Part shown: positions 1-15,655 of the stretch, in pieces
How positions within the stretch are numbered: position 1 is the first letter of the stretch
Layout: the number at the start of each line of letters is the position of its first letter
Assembly (NCBI GenBank): GCA_030141605.1
Contig: JAQGDQ010000011.1
Span: 1,360,066-1,424,065, forward strand
Direction: 5' to 3'
Length of the DNA: 64,000 nucleotides
Source: Tubiluchus corallicola
Taxonomy: Eukaryota > Animalia > Priapulida
The notes under the pieces: model-generated
Database searches by the model: none
Seen by the model: the letters and a program-made list of their open reading frames with translations, nothing else
Told to the model about the DNA's origin: nothing
Made by a program: the position numbers and the translations under genes

Positions 1-160
<160 letters not shown>

Positions 161-394
161 CGAAAAGGAGAGACAGAGAGACAACTCCACACTAGTACTG
201 AAATGTTCCTGGAGCAGATAGGATATCTCAAAATTATCCAACTTGCAAACTTTAGATATAATTGAAATGGCCTTTCCAATACAGTGTGTTTCATAGTAAA
301 GTGAAAATATTTTGCTAAACACAACATTGAATCAACTTTTCATCAAGCAAATCGATGCTACTAGTGATACCCATAAGAACAAAAACGTAACCTA

Positions 395-2377
<1,983 letters not shown>

Positions 2378-3138
2378 GTTTCTCGGCTTCTGGTTGCTGA
2401 TAGATTGTATTTGCCTGGACACCTATGAAGGACGATGATTTTGTCACGTCGGTGTGGTCAGTTCACCACTCCGTGCAGCAAATCTACATAAAAGTAAATA
2501 TTTTTCCTCACCTGGCTATATAAATTGTAACTACTGGTCGAGTATGTAATCTAGAAGTAATAATTAGTTTAAGAAACTAATTATCAAAAATATAAATAAG
2601 AATAAGAATAAAACTAAGCTGGATGCTGGAGCATATAGAAGCAACGTTACGATAGCGCACGACCCAACATTCGACTGCACGTTGACCTGCACCACTTCCA
2701 CCACAAAACGTAATCAGAAAAATCTGGAAATTAAAAAGATAACAGCAGCCATAACAATAGTGACAAGTCTGCCTTTATTTAGAATACACATAAGTTATAT
2801 TGTTGCTTTTGTATCATTGTCTCTTCGCTTTTATTCTCATCTTTATTCGTCCTTTCCTCTCTTTCTCCCCTTTTCTCTGTCACTTTCTCTTCTCTCTCTC
2901 TCTCTCCCCTCTCTCTAGCTATATATCTCTCGTTTTATTCTTTAGGTATACACATACAGCTCACATACTCTCTCTATATATATAATATTTATAATAAAAC
3001 AAAGTGGGAGAGAGAGGGGGAGAGATCAGTATGCGTGCAAAGCGAGGGGAGAGACTCTCTCCCTTCCTGTCTTTCCCATTACTTAATTTGGTTGTCTTAA
3101 GTTTTGCATCACACTTGCTTCTCTTGCAACTGATCTTC

Positions 3139-3152
3139 TTTCTCTCTCTCTC

Positions 3153-3207
<55 letters not shown>

Positions 3208-3410
3208 CTGTATCATTCAATATTTATTTAAATGGAAATTAGTTTGATGGACTTCGTCTCTACCACCAGTCAAATGCACTGCGACATCACACACACACAC
3301 ACACACACGCACGCACACACACACACACACACACTCACACATGCACACACACACACACGCACACACACACGCACATACACACACACTTGCTCTCTCTCTC
3401 TCCCTCCCTC
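3139..3410. repeat. Compound (CT)n / (CA)n microsatellite
   Basis: CT run ~3139-3200, interrupted CA run ~3287-3385, CT-rich tail; the source of spurious ORFs 3004-3453. Confidence 0.95.
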
Positions 3411-3728
3411 TGGGACCCCTTTTCTCTTTCTCTGCCATTTCTCTCTCTTCTAATCTAGTCTTTCATCTTTACCTCATGGAATTTATCTAGTTGTCAGTTC
3501 TCAATAAAAGCACCTTCATCTTATTAGATCTCAGTAGAATGCAATGGTTAATAATAATGCCATCATTGACATCACACTGCTGAATGAATTTTTTCCCGTG
3601 AAACAACACTTATATGTTAAAAACTTGATCATATCTCAGTTTCAACTGAAAGTCAATAGCAACGTACATAGCAAATTGTAGTTTTAAAAATCTATAAGGT
3701 ATGCCAAGAATTTTTTGTTGAAATATAC

Positions 3729-3801
3729 GAGTTTAGGATATGGCCTACAAATGAAATTTTGTAACAATGAGTTTAGGATATGGCCTACAAATGAAATTTT
3801 G
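3729..3801. repeat. 40-bp-period direct tandem duplication
   Basis: GAGTTTAGGATATGGCCTACAAATGAAATTTTG at 3729 and 3769. Confidence 0.9.
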
Positions 3802-5099
3802 GGACAAAATGTGCAAAAGATGCCTGCAAGACCAATTAAGATTTTAGCTGTAGTATAATAGCATTAATAATTTTTATTGTAGCACAAATGTTGTAGTTAA
3901 TAAAAATGAATCATTAAGCCATTAAAATTAACTAATCTAGATGTATTATGCTAGAACGTAACGTTTCCGTAATTAGATAGTGAAGTAGCTCTTGGGTCAC
4001 AGTAGTAATGATAGATATTGGACCTAAAAGCTTTAAAACATTAGATCAAAAACAAAATTCATTTATTATTAACTCCTTTTGGGTCACGCCTCTTAAAAGA
4101 CCTATAACTTTTCTGCTGCTGTATGAGCACAGGCGTAACTAAATGATTACAAATTAGGTGTTGTTCTATTCAGCAGAATCTCGGCTATCCAGTCATGCTA
4201 TTTGTTTAATAATTTATAAGCGACTTAGTTGGATAAAATTAAAAAGAACACGCCCTTTTCAGGCGCTCTAACATAGCCTAGCTATCACCTCACCTTAGTC
4301 TGGTTTACACTTGCTGCTAAAGCCGGCTATTCCCGGAAAAATCGATTGTTCCCTTCAGCCAAGGACAATTTAAAGTTTTCTCATCGTTTAACAGCAACTT
4401 CTCCTTAAAATTAAAACTTGTGACCAAAGTGCATTGGAATAATGTGTCTGGAATTTAAAAAAAATTTGCATTAGCCCATTTCACATAAGACATACTGTGC
4501 AGTATGTAGTTGCTGAAGCATTATTTCAAGTTTTTTGTTAATATAGATTTAATTTGTCTAAGGTACGCAAATTAATGCATTTCAAATAAAATTTTTCATG
4601 GAAGCAATTTTGTGTAGAGACCTACAGCAAAATATCCAATATAGCGCCACTGTTGCTTAGTGAGAGCAGGTTTCCACGAAAACCTATGCAAGACGAAGAA
4701 AACTCTTACAGTCCTGATGGAGTGAAGCTGCTTGTGTCACAGTGTCAAGAAAACAGTGCGGATGCATAAAATCAGAGATACTAACAAGAAAAACAAAAAA
4801 AGCCTATGCAATTCTCAAACTGCCAATTAGGTTGAAATTTTTGAAAAATGTAAAATTTGAAAAATACAATAAAAACAAATGATAATAAATTAATGTAACA
4901 TGTATAAGTATCCATCAGCCAATCAAGAAATCAGTGACTAATCGCCATGATAACTATATTTATGAGCTGCCATCCAGCTACGTTATATTGTACCACATGC
5001 AAAACTTTGAACTACATAGAAGTACGTACTGTAATAAGGGACTGGCTTACTGAGATTCTGATGAAGGTTCCTCAAACATTCCAATTTAGAGATTTATAC

Positions 5100-5520
5100 A
5101 TACATGAGGAGGATGACAATGTATCAAACAAAAAGCAATGATGACAAGAATAATGGGCACGGTGAAAACTGTGATACAACAGCAGCAACAGCAATAAAAA
5201 CATTTAAAGCACAATAAAAAATTAAATGGCGAGCAATGATGCACCCCTATGACATCCTGCAGCAATAGCATAAATGGGCCAGCAGAAAGCAGCATGCAGC
5301 AGTAGCAGTATAAAAGCAACAACAACAAACAGCAGCAACCTTGATGACAATCATGAAATGGAGAACAGGAAGAAAAAATAAAATTAAAGCACAAAGACAA
5401 TTTTGGTTAGCAGAAATAGCAGCACAACAATAAAATAAAAAATGACAGATAATAATGTGGATGCTAAAGATGACAAGAGTGACAACAGCAGCTGCAATAA
5501 CATCAACAACGGCAGCTATT
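5100..5520. repeat. Degenerate CAG/CAA/ATG low-complexity tract
   Basis: Scattered acagcagcaacagcaata-type runs; explains the poly-Cys/Leu/Ala ORFs 5086-5672. Confidence 0.6.
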
Positions 5521-5829
5521 AAGTAGTAGTTGGGCCCACCAGTATCTGTGGAGCAGCACGTTACTGTACTGATTATGCATGGTAAACAATATAGGACTAC
5601 GATGTAGGACATGATGTGGTCGTCATCGTTGCGCACTAAAAAAACAGGTAACAGGAAGACAGGAAGCGTCAAGGTTTCCGTTATTGTTGTAAATTGTGAT
5701 CATTAACTCATCATCACTGATCGGTGTTCCAAATTTCTAATGTATTTTATATTTTAATATCTTTTCGTTTATTACGAGCGCGGAAATCGTTAAAATTTTT
5801 GAAATCAGTAAATCAAGCAAATTACCAAA

Positions 5830-8800
5830 ATGGTGAGTTTTTCTTTTACTTTATTTCTAATTTAGTAAACCTTTTGCACTTTTACTTTGTTGAAACGATC
5901 AAGGCTGCAGCCGAAAAACCTGAAAAGTTATTATTATTAACAATAACGCAAGTTTTATTGAGATCAGCAACAAAATTCTTAATGGGCAGGCACTAGTGAG
6001 AGAAGTCCATTTATTCGTTTATGTATCAGATTGCTACTGGTAACTTAGTTTGTTAAAATAAATCATTTAATGTGTACTAAAAAGATGACTGAATGGGTGT
6101 AAGTTTCTTATGAAAGCACTTCTCAAAAGATATAACAAAATCATTAAGTTCTGTGGCAGTTCAACATCCCACCGTAGAAGTTTCAGCTCTATCCTTGATA
6201 CTGAACAGGTTGGTTTTGGCATAACTGTCTACGTTGAGCCTAGATTGCAGAGAGCCAAACTTTATATAAAAGGCAGTGACTAAAGGTACGGATTCATATC
6301 CGGAACTGCAGTAACTAAAAATACGGATCCGTGTCTCGAAAGCATTCACTCGAAAATACGGATCGATTCGTATGGGGAACGATATTAACGAGAAAATACG
6401 GATCGCCGTCAGAAGGGGCAGTATATCACTTTCTTGTTTATTGGCAACATCAAAATACACAATTGCAAATATCCGCATCCGCTAGATCCGCGGATTGAGT
6501 GAAATTGAATATCCTCATAGATATCTATATTACCTAATCCCTAGATAGGACATGCGGTGAATGCGCGCAACACTCCGTCATATTACAGCGGGCGAGTCAT
6601 GCTTTTTTACTATAGCGTAAACATAGTGTCTGCCTATTTTTTATATGAAAGAAGCGTTTATCCCCCGTATGCATACGAAAAACAACAGGATTAGATTAAA
6701 AAAAAATTTCTTATATTATGCTGAACTTTTAATTTTTTTCTCATATGCATATATTTATATTTTCAACTGAATACATATGCGTCTTTCCATTGTAACAGTT
6801 TTGTCTCACTAATTAGCATTGTTAGTGCTTGAACATTAAATAATGTAATAGATTACATAAGTTTTAGGGTACTTGCTTGACGTTAGTTAATATTCCTACT
6901 GATAAATACCTTTAAAAAGAATGTGAATATCCTATTACTGTGCATGCCTGTTTTAATTTTTGATAATTATAAAATGTTTTTTACTGGAGTTTATATAGGG
7001 GCATTAGGCATTTGAGTCCTTTAAGTGGTTGAAATAGTTCAGTAAGGAGTTTTGTAACTGTTTTTAAGCATTAAGGATACAAAATTTAGGTTTTAATTCA
7101 CAAACAGAAATTATTGCTTTTTAATCAGCGAATTAACTAGTTTTCATGAACTAGCTTTATACATTACACATTATAAATCACGGCCAATTCAAACCTTTAA
7201 CCCTTTTTATTTTTTAATAGAAATGTCGTATAAAACACTACAAAAATTGAATTAGAATATGGCAGTCATCGATTGTAGTACAGCTTTGATAATCAAAATA
7301 ATAAAATAACTAATTAATAGGGCTCACATAAAGATGCTTTAAAATTTTTACAATGACAAACAAAATAATAAACCAAGCAAGTAATTGTGGCATGTTATAA
7401 TATTCATAGCATAAATTATTTGGCAACAGGCGCATGTAACAGTTCAGCAACTCTTATAAATTTGACCTACTGCATATCACATAAAGACTAAAAAATTTTG
7501 CTATGTTCGGCAAGTCAATAAATCACAACTCAAACTAAGGAAAATTACAGTTAGTAGGTTATCACATTCACAACACTCTATAGAAAAAAATATGGTCTGG
7601 TAAGTGATCATATTACAGCACTCAAAGAAATTCATAACACACTAAGATTTAAACTCTTGCTAACTGGCCTACTACACATCAAAATACTAAAGTTTTTTGT
7701 AACAATAAACAAAATAAAGCAAACAAACTATTAATTGGTAGCTTATGCGACACACAACACTATATCAAACAGCAGCTAACAATTTGCAAGACAATAAAAG
7801 GAGACTAACTAATATTTACAATGATATAATAGGTGCAACTATTATATCACCGAAAGGTACCGAAGAAAAACGGTACGGCTACAGGCTGAATAATGCCATA
7901 TCATGATTTTCATGAAGTGGGCATGTGCTTTTCAATGATGTGCAGGTCACAAGGTCAAATGCTGTATGTCGTAGAAATTGTCAAAATCCGTATGTTTTGC
8001 AAATGTCACAAAAAGCACGGATCCGTATTTGTTGCAAAAATAGCTATGAATACGGATCCATATTCGGTATCTCAGAAAAACCGACTACGGAACTGCACCT
8101 CTAGCCACTGCCTATATAAAAATAAGAAATATGGACAAGCTGTTTAGTTGTATTGCAGCCCATGACTTTTAGATTCAGTTGATGGCTATTTCCAAAATTA
8201 TTGGAATGCATGGATCTCAAAAACAGCTCAGGACATTAAGGACATTAAGGACATTAAGTTTTAGTCTACATGCAACGAACCGAAGTTTTCACAACAGAGA
8301 ACAACATTTGTTAAGGCAAACTCTACTCTTGGACTTATCTGCCACTTTTTATCATACATAGACGCAGGCAGTATGCAACATCATTTTTAACGTCTTAGTA
8401 TACTGAGTATAGTGCATGTTCTTGAAGAACTCATGGTCAAGTTCCTTGGATGACCAGCATGAGATTGAAAGTGTCCAGCACATAAACGGACACCTGGTTT
8501 TGAAAACTTAAGTTACAAAAAGAGGCTCCCTTTAGCTAACAAGACCGGCGGGGCCGGAAACGGTCTATTATCGGACTAGTGGACAGGCATTTCTTATGCC
8601 ACACGGCACAAAGTTTTTCTTAAAGTGTTTTTTCTCAAAATTTTATTAGAAAGAAATTCCGAAATTTTCTTGTTATTATTAGTAAAACTAATACAGGTTT
8701 AATGTATGTGCATAATAATTATGCATTAACTTAACTGTTACAGTAGCGGTCTCATTCTATAATTAGGCTTGCTGTTATAAAGATGATTTTACTAATTGAC

Positions 8801-11800
8801 AGTATTAAAACACTTCATAATAAGTGTTGTCTTGCTGACTTATTTGAGTTATAGTTGGCTTCAAGTTATCCATTTATAGTTACCGTAGTAACTGGTCTTG
8901 GCATCTAGTCACCAACCAGTACAAGTCATGTCATGTGCTAATATCTTAAAAACTTCATTTATAATTGACACTAAAAAAAACTCTTTACTAGTTAAGCATC
9001 ATCAGACATAAGAAAAGAAATGCCTAGACAGGTGAGATATTTTGCAGAATTATTGTTTCAATATTTTGTGTTGTGTTAAAGGGATATAAACAGTGAGCCA
9101 AATAAAGTCAATCTTTCTTAGTGTAGTTCTAAGAAATTTTGTGGCACAGTATCTGAGATAAGTGAAGAGAGCAACTGTATTACCAATGGGAATACATGTA
9201 AATGATAAAATTTTTATAAAATTGAATTTTAGAAGTGCAAATATTAATTTTCAAATCTTCATGCGGCCCTTTGCTAGAAATTTCTAGATCTTTGGGCTTA
9301 AGTCAGATATTCATAATACATGTATATTATATATCAGGCGGCTGAAAAAACGTGCTGAAGTTTTGATTTCAGTACTATAAGCAGAAAACAACGGAATTGC
9401 TTGAAAATTACTGCACTGATGTTACAGATGCTCTTGTATAAACTTGAAATTTTAGGTCATTCTCTTAGACCTTTCCAAAGATACAGAAGTTTTAAAACAA
9501 AGAGTCAAAAAATGAATGCCGAAATTAAATTTGTGCACCACCCATGTGTCCATTGTTTGCACTACAAACTAGACGAATGCATTTCTTATAACAGAGACAC
9601 AGTTTCTTCCTTGTTTAAAAAGTATTTGATTCCAGCACTCAACTAATTTTGCTTTCGTTGCTGAAAACAAATCTTTATCAGTGCTTTATTTCCTATGGTA
9701 AAGACAATAGTTTATACTGTTTGATTCCTTTATTGTTTTACTCCATGTATTGAGCGTTTTAAACCTCGCTGGACATGGCTGTTTTTCACTTGATGATTGG
9801 CTATCATTGTTCCAGCGTTTAACTTTTTAAAATAGAAAAATTTTCTGATCATAGCTTTAAAACTTCTAAAGCAATAAACTTGTGACTTCACAGATTAAAA
9901 GTAATGTACTGTAATATCACGTTGTCAAATTTCAACTTTGTAGGGTACTTGCTTCTGATATTATTGTAGTCTAAACTTTGGTACATTTTTTCTGCACCAT
10001 ATTTCATGTGGTACATTCCATATATGATATGTGCTGAATTTTTATGAAAATATTATATATTTAGCAAATATATGAAAGAATTTACGTCAACAGTAGCTGG
10101 ACACAAAATTCAAAACTTTTTGCCAGAATCTGATTTTTGTTTGCCGAAACCAAAGATTGCAGTGACTCATATTATAAGTTTCTGCACATAGCAAATACGA
10201 GATATGTATCACTATGATATCGAATGAAGGTGCCATGTCCTATATTGATCAATTTGTGCTCGCATGAGTGCTTGTCGTATGGAACGAATATTGAGTGTAT
10301 TGACTATAGCCAGAAGTTGCTTTGCATTAGTAACAGTTCATGTACCCTGCAGCAGTTACGTTAAGCAGCTTTTTTAGGTCATGAATAAGACGGACGATTG
10401 ACTTTGACACGCTCTATTTGGTGCTCTTGCTTGGAATCCTTGCTCTCTAAGATAGCTGATCTGATGTGTCTGTATTGAATTCTGTCTTTAATTACTTTGG
10501 TAGTTCTGCTGTCTGATGACTAATTAAGAGAAGGATGTCATTATGTGTCACATTAGTTACTTGTTACGGAGCTTTACGTCAAATCCTTTGTGACACGTAA
10601 GATTAATTAAACAAATTTTGCGTTTCAAATGATGCAAGGTAGCAAACCAAGACCTTCTGGTTTTCAAACTGAATCACCGGCATACGTTGCAGAATTAGTT
10701 CTACTTCCTCCTCGATAACAATTTTATGGAAATAATGAGTTAATTCATCAATAAGTCTATCCATTGCAAATGCATTTACATGCACATATCATGCTATTGT
10801 GCTAGGGTGTACTTGCAATGGGAAATATTAAAGAACAATTTTTATCACTTTTAGTATCTGTATTATACGCAGTGATGTAAGAAAAACATTATAAAGCTTG
10901 ATTATCATTTATATTGTTTCAGGTTTATTAAGTTAGTAAGTAGGTCCTAGGTTAGCAATTTATTGTATTATATATTATAATACATATAATGAAATTTGTG
11001 TGGTTTTACGTACTACAACAAAAATATACACATATAAATTAAATCAGTCGTTACATAAGTTCTACTAAACTATGTACTGGGATGTAGAGAATATTGCAAA
11101 TTTTCTGAAATTTACTGTTGACAGTGTTAACTGCAACATGATAGAGAGAATTTAAAGTCCTTGTGGTTTTAACTTTAATTGAATAGTATCTGTGATCATA
11201 GAGGAGTATGTCAAAAAATTTATTACGTGGGTGACATTAGTTATTAATAATAACTTGCGTTCTCTATGCTCTCATTTTGTATAAATGTGCCATAGGCTGC
11301 TGTTCAATTCCTATCATTTTTGAAGCAGATTTATTGACCTGTGAATTGTACCTGCTTCAAAAAGATCAAGAGCATTGCAATCTCCCTGCATGGTAGCGTC
11401 ATAAAAAACAGCGAGTGATGTTGCTAAGACATTCTCAATTACTGCCCAATAAAAACTCTCTCGATTAAGTAGGAACTAATAAGTAATATAATAATTTACG
11501 AAGTGCTCTGTGCTGTTCAACATCCGAGCGGTGTATTTCAGTAACATAACGGTTATTAATTTTGACAATTGACTATTTTCGAGTTTTTTCAGGCTGATTT
11601 TCTAAAGGGACTTCCGGTTCACGATTCTACAAACTTCAGTAGATATACAGCTGATGGTGCTGTAAAGACTGTGAGTAAAAATGTTCTGGCGCCTCGTATT
11701 TAATTTGAAATTGCTATTAGAGCTTGGCATATATTTAAATATGCAATTATATATATATATGCAATGCTTTAGACTATTTTGTTAGCCATTTGAAATGGTT

Positions 11801-14800
11801 GTGTTAAATTGCATTAGTTGTGTTTTTGAGGGGTTTGGAGCATTTCTAAAGGTGTAGGTGTTCAGACTAGCAAGTTTTCTGTCACGAACTTTTTCTCTGA
11901 CAGCAAACTCACTATGTGAACTATTTTGTGAATTACTATCGTAAAGTTATTGCAAACTCTTTGGTACTAATAGAACACAATTGCGAATTACTTGGAGAGA
12001 AAACTTAATAGTCTGAATGCACCATAAGCATATTGTCTGTCTAAATGTAGTCTTTTCCAGCAGTGTCTAATAATGTTTTTTTTTAATTTAGTATTTTGTA
12101 TTGATCACTAACTTCGACACTAGTTTGAAATGATGCCATTCCAAGATTACCCAAGTTTCTTCCCAATTTTGTTTGTTTTTTCTAGCATTTTGACTAAGTT
12201 TTCAATGATGCTTTGTGTTCGCAAGAAAATTATTGTTATGACAGCATGTTCTTTGCCGTGCTTGTTCTATCTAAAAAAATCTAGATAAAGCAAAAAATTG
12301 GCGCTTTTTTAAGGATTATAGCACCAGAACCAATGAATGTTCTTTTAGGTTCATAGTTGTTCTGTGTAGGCTTGTGCACAATTATTTTTATTCAAACTAA
12401 ATCTTTAGTTGAATTATTTTTTTATTTTTCCTTTTTCTTGTTTAGAGTAAGAAGCCAGCAGTGTACATTCCAACGAAAGACCATCCATCAGATCAGGGTA
12501 AGTAGTTTGCTTCATGTTCAGCTAACGAACAATCTTCAAGAGTCAGTGTACTATTTATTAAGTCATTGTAGAACTAAAAATTAAAAGTTATAATGCCTAC
12601 AGTTATAACTTTGCAGTGGAGTTCAAGGTCGAGTGGTTTCACCTGAATAATTCGCATGGGTTCGATATTCGCTCTGGGCGGTTTTGTTTTCATTCAGCTT
12701 ACTGATTATAGACAAGAGAAGAATAATCCGAATGTGACTAAATACCTCTGTCGGTGCAATGACTCATTTTAGTGGGTTATCCTTGGTAATGATAAAAACA
12801 ATCGCAAACATTGTTATTAAGTTAAATTCTGCACAGTAGCAAATTGCACAGCTAAAAAAGCTTGAAAGTTGCTTAGTATCGACATGTGTGCTAACAAAAT
12901 ACAGCTTGGAATCTCATTTATAAGCATGGTAGATGACAGTAAGTTAGTGAATGAGTGAGTGAGTAAATGCGTAATGTACTTGAATAGATTAGAAGGTAAG
13001 TATGGACAGATCTGTGCCTTACACGAGTGTATTTACCAGAATTTACCTAAATACGTTAAGCGTTATTACATAAAAATCACTTTATATTGTTTTCAATGAC
13101 CAACTTACTAGACCTGGGTTATAGAGCAGCTATTCCTATTGGGATGTTCATACACAAGTGGATCTGCCATTAAGCATTACACATGTCTAGTAAACTCCGC
13201 TTCTACTCCTCGACAAATTCGGTTCACCAAGTTCTTGCTGGTTGTTGAAGTTTATGAGTCACGTTGGCTAATAAATGGATAAATTCAGAAGTGGTTCTCT
13301 GTCTTGTCTCAGTGCCCTTTTCCAAGTCTTTAATAAATTCATAATTATAGAGTGTGGCTTGAAAGGGAAAGGAAAGACAATTTTAAAATATATCTCAAAG
13401 AACTTTTCATAAATAGTTATATTACTTAGCCTTATGCTTACCTGCTTGAAAGACTACTGAAATTACAAAGGAAAATCTTAATTTTTTGAAATATGCCCAC
13501 CAGCTGGTAAAACAGCGTTGCATCGCCATCCCAGTGTGCACCCACTTATTTACCAAAAAACGTTATTGATCTTATTGACAATATAAAGTAATTTAAACCT
13601 TTCTTTGTTAGTGACGTGTGTGCTACAAATGCTCTGATTATTTTTTCAAACTTTGTGCAATGTTATCTAAAAGTGTTTCAAATGACTTACCATTAAAATG
13701 GCTGCACTTAACGGTCATTGCGGGAGTTTACATTTACAAGTTTTATACAGCTTTCATGCGATTTCAAGCTGCAATAAGATAACATGTAAGTGATACAAAA
13801 TTTTCAAGACGAAGTTTTAAGCTTTACTTAGGAAGAGTGTTTTGTTGTGTTTTAATCACTTGCGTTCTTTTTTCAGTAATCACAACAGAAAAAACCAACA
13901 TACTACTAAGATACCTACATCAGCAGTGGGATAAAAAGGTAACTGCTCTTTTGTGATAATAACTTTCCAGTGCTCAGTGTGATGACCAGAGTTTGAAACA
14001 TTGAATGAATCAGCATTGTTCTTCACCAACACCAATCACCTTGTTGTGCAAAAAAACTGTGGTCACATTTTGAGTTTGACTTTATAAAGAAGTTGCTACT
14101 AACCAAAACTACAAAAGCTCGCTGTCCATCATTTTTTAGATAATATGATTTTGATTCCCAAAAAATATTTGCCTCCTTTACTCCTGCCAAGTCAAGATTA
14201 TCTCTGAGCTTTCCATGTTTCACATTCAATTTACATCATTCACATTCACATCAAATGGTTGGCTGGTTTGTGTGCCATAAAGTGTCACACGCACTTTTAA
14301 ATGCAGGATCGTTTGCATTCATCAGACACTTGATATACACGTGCTGTCGTAAAATAACAGTGTTTATATAAATATTTTTAAATGAATGTACATTAGTACT
14401 ATAAACAGAAATTAAATTATGATATTAGAAAGAAAACTGGAAAAGATGGACAAAGAAGATCATTTATAATATGCAGTGCCACTTGGTTTGCATGCTCTTT
14501 ACACAAAGCACTGTGTTTATTTAATGATGTGCAAAATTAACAGTTATTGCACTGAATTTTTACTGAAAATACAGTGAGGTTATTATCATGTCAAACAATA
14601 TTATTATCACTTTTGCAATATCAGGTTATAGTCCTGCAAAGTATTTGCAAACATTAAAGATTGGAAATTCAACAATCTTTCATTTATAATAATGTGAAAC
14701 AAATCTTTGTGATCACATCAGGGGCAGACTGACTAAGAAAAACAAATCTTTTTTGTATGAATCAAAATTAAACATTAAACTATGTGGCATACTATACTAG

Positions 14801-15655
14801 CGACAAGGCCACATTGTAAATTACCAAAACGTGTTTTTGCAGATTAACCAACTAATTTGTTACCATGTGAATGATTATTCATACTCTTCACACTAAATAG
14901 CTAGGCAATTCCTAATTCAGGATCACTATCACTAACAGCCGGCAACACCTAATGCTATTTTTTATTGGTTGTTGATCGTAGATTGGCTTGGCCTAGTACT
15001 TGTTTTCGGATGTTGTATTTAGCTTCAGATGTGCACCATTAATTTCATACATGGCTCATGTTATTGGCAATTTGCTCGGTACGAGTTAGCTACATTTTAT
15101 GCTCTGTTATCGAATGTTAGGAGAGAGTTATTATCAGTATCATGTACTTCTGTGGAATAATTTCTATGCACGCGTTTTGCATAAGGAATGGTCCAGTGCA
15201 TTGACTGAGATTACATGTATAGTCAGCTCAAAATTACAGCTGCTGGCAACTCGTGGTTATTCTTACCAGGTTTAGATGTCCAACTGCTACTGTTAGGTGG
15301 CTAATTTTCATTGAGAGGCACTTCTTGTTCTTGTATTTGCCATGCTTATGTTGGGCGCAAAAATAATAGTTCTATTGTTTTAATTTCTTTTGCATCATTG
15401 TTTCACATTTTAAATGTCTTTTTCGTTAGCATCTTCCGCTTGCAATTACTTTCTGTTAAAAAGCTGTATAGTTATTGAATTTTATTAAATAAGCTGTACT
15501 TGCTTACTCATAATGTTATTTTTTGACAGAATGCTCAGAAGAAGCGAGACCACAGCAAAGCTAGTCTGGGCGATTCTTCCGAAGTTCCATCGAGCAAGCA
15601 AGCAAAAATAAGCAGGTCGGGTGACAGCGGCGGCAGTGGTCCGTCAAACTCATAG
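5830..15655 (+). CDS. DDA1: DET1- and DDB1-associated protein 1 (complete, 106 aa; exons 5830-5832, 11593-11670, 12446-12497, 13877-13938, 15530-15655)
   Basis: Spliced product [106 protein letters not shown]; carries the DDA1 hallmarks MADFLKGLP and [18 protein letters not shown]. All introns GT-AG with consistent phases 0,0,1,0. The ATG-only first coding exon (CAAAATG|GTGAGT) is the least certain piece. Confidence 0.95.
6271..8113. mobile_element. ~1.8-kb non-autonomous hAT-like element in DDA1 intron 1
   Basis: Ends AGGCAGTGACTAAAGGT and ACCTCTAGCCACTGCCT are inverted; several ATACGGAT/ATCCGTAT subterminal motifs at both ends; ATATAAA on both flanks as a possible TSD; no transposase ORF. 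Superfamily is inferred from the CAGTG terminus only. Confidence 0.7.
8231..8257. repeat. (GGACATTAA)x3 tandem repeat
   Basis: Three exact 9-bp copies. Confidence 0.9.
11857..12023. mobile_element. MITE family A copy 1 (PIF/Harbinger-like ends)
   Basis: GGTGTTCAGACTAG ... TAGTCTGAATGCACC inverted ends; the same TTCAGACTAG core recurs at 43835-44067 and 51195-51504. Confidence 0.65.
13359..13830 (+). mobile_element. Dispersed repeat family B copy 1 (possibly Kolobok-like non-autonomous element)
   Basis: Shares CTGGTAAAAC...GCATCGCCATCCCAGTGTGCACC and several hundred flanking bases with 56270-56720 (direct) and 61515-61848 (inverted); family ends resemble TTAA-AGGG...CT-TTAA. Confidence 0.75.

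Noticed and set aside
2484-2511. Apparent 28-nt GT-AG intron in the COPS2 5' region (CAG|GTGAGG...TATGTAG)
   Set aside because: Far shorter than any intron verified in this window (smallest about 110 nt); the two sites may be chance or belong to different introns.
2682-3453. ORFs rich in Leu-Ser, His-Thr and Val-Cys repeats
   Set aside because: Translations of (CT)n and (CA)n microsatellites.
5086-5672. 104- and 141-aa hydrophobic/Cys-rich ORFs
   Set aside because: Antisense reading of a CAG/CAA low-complexity tract; no family motif.
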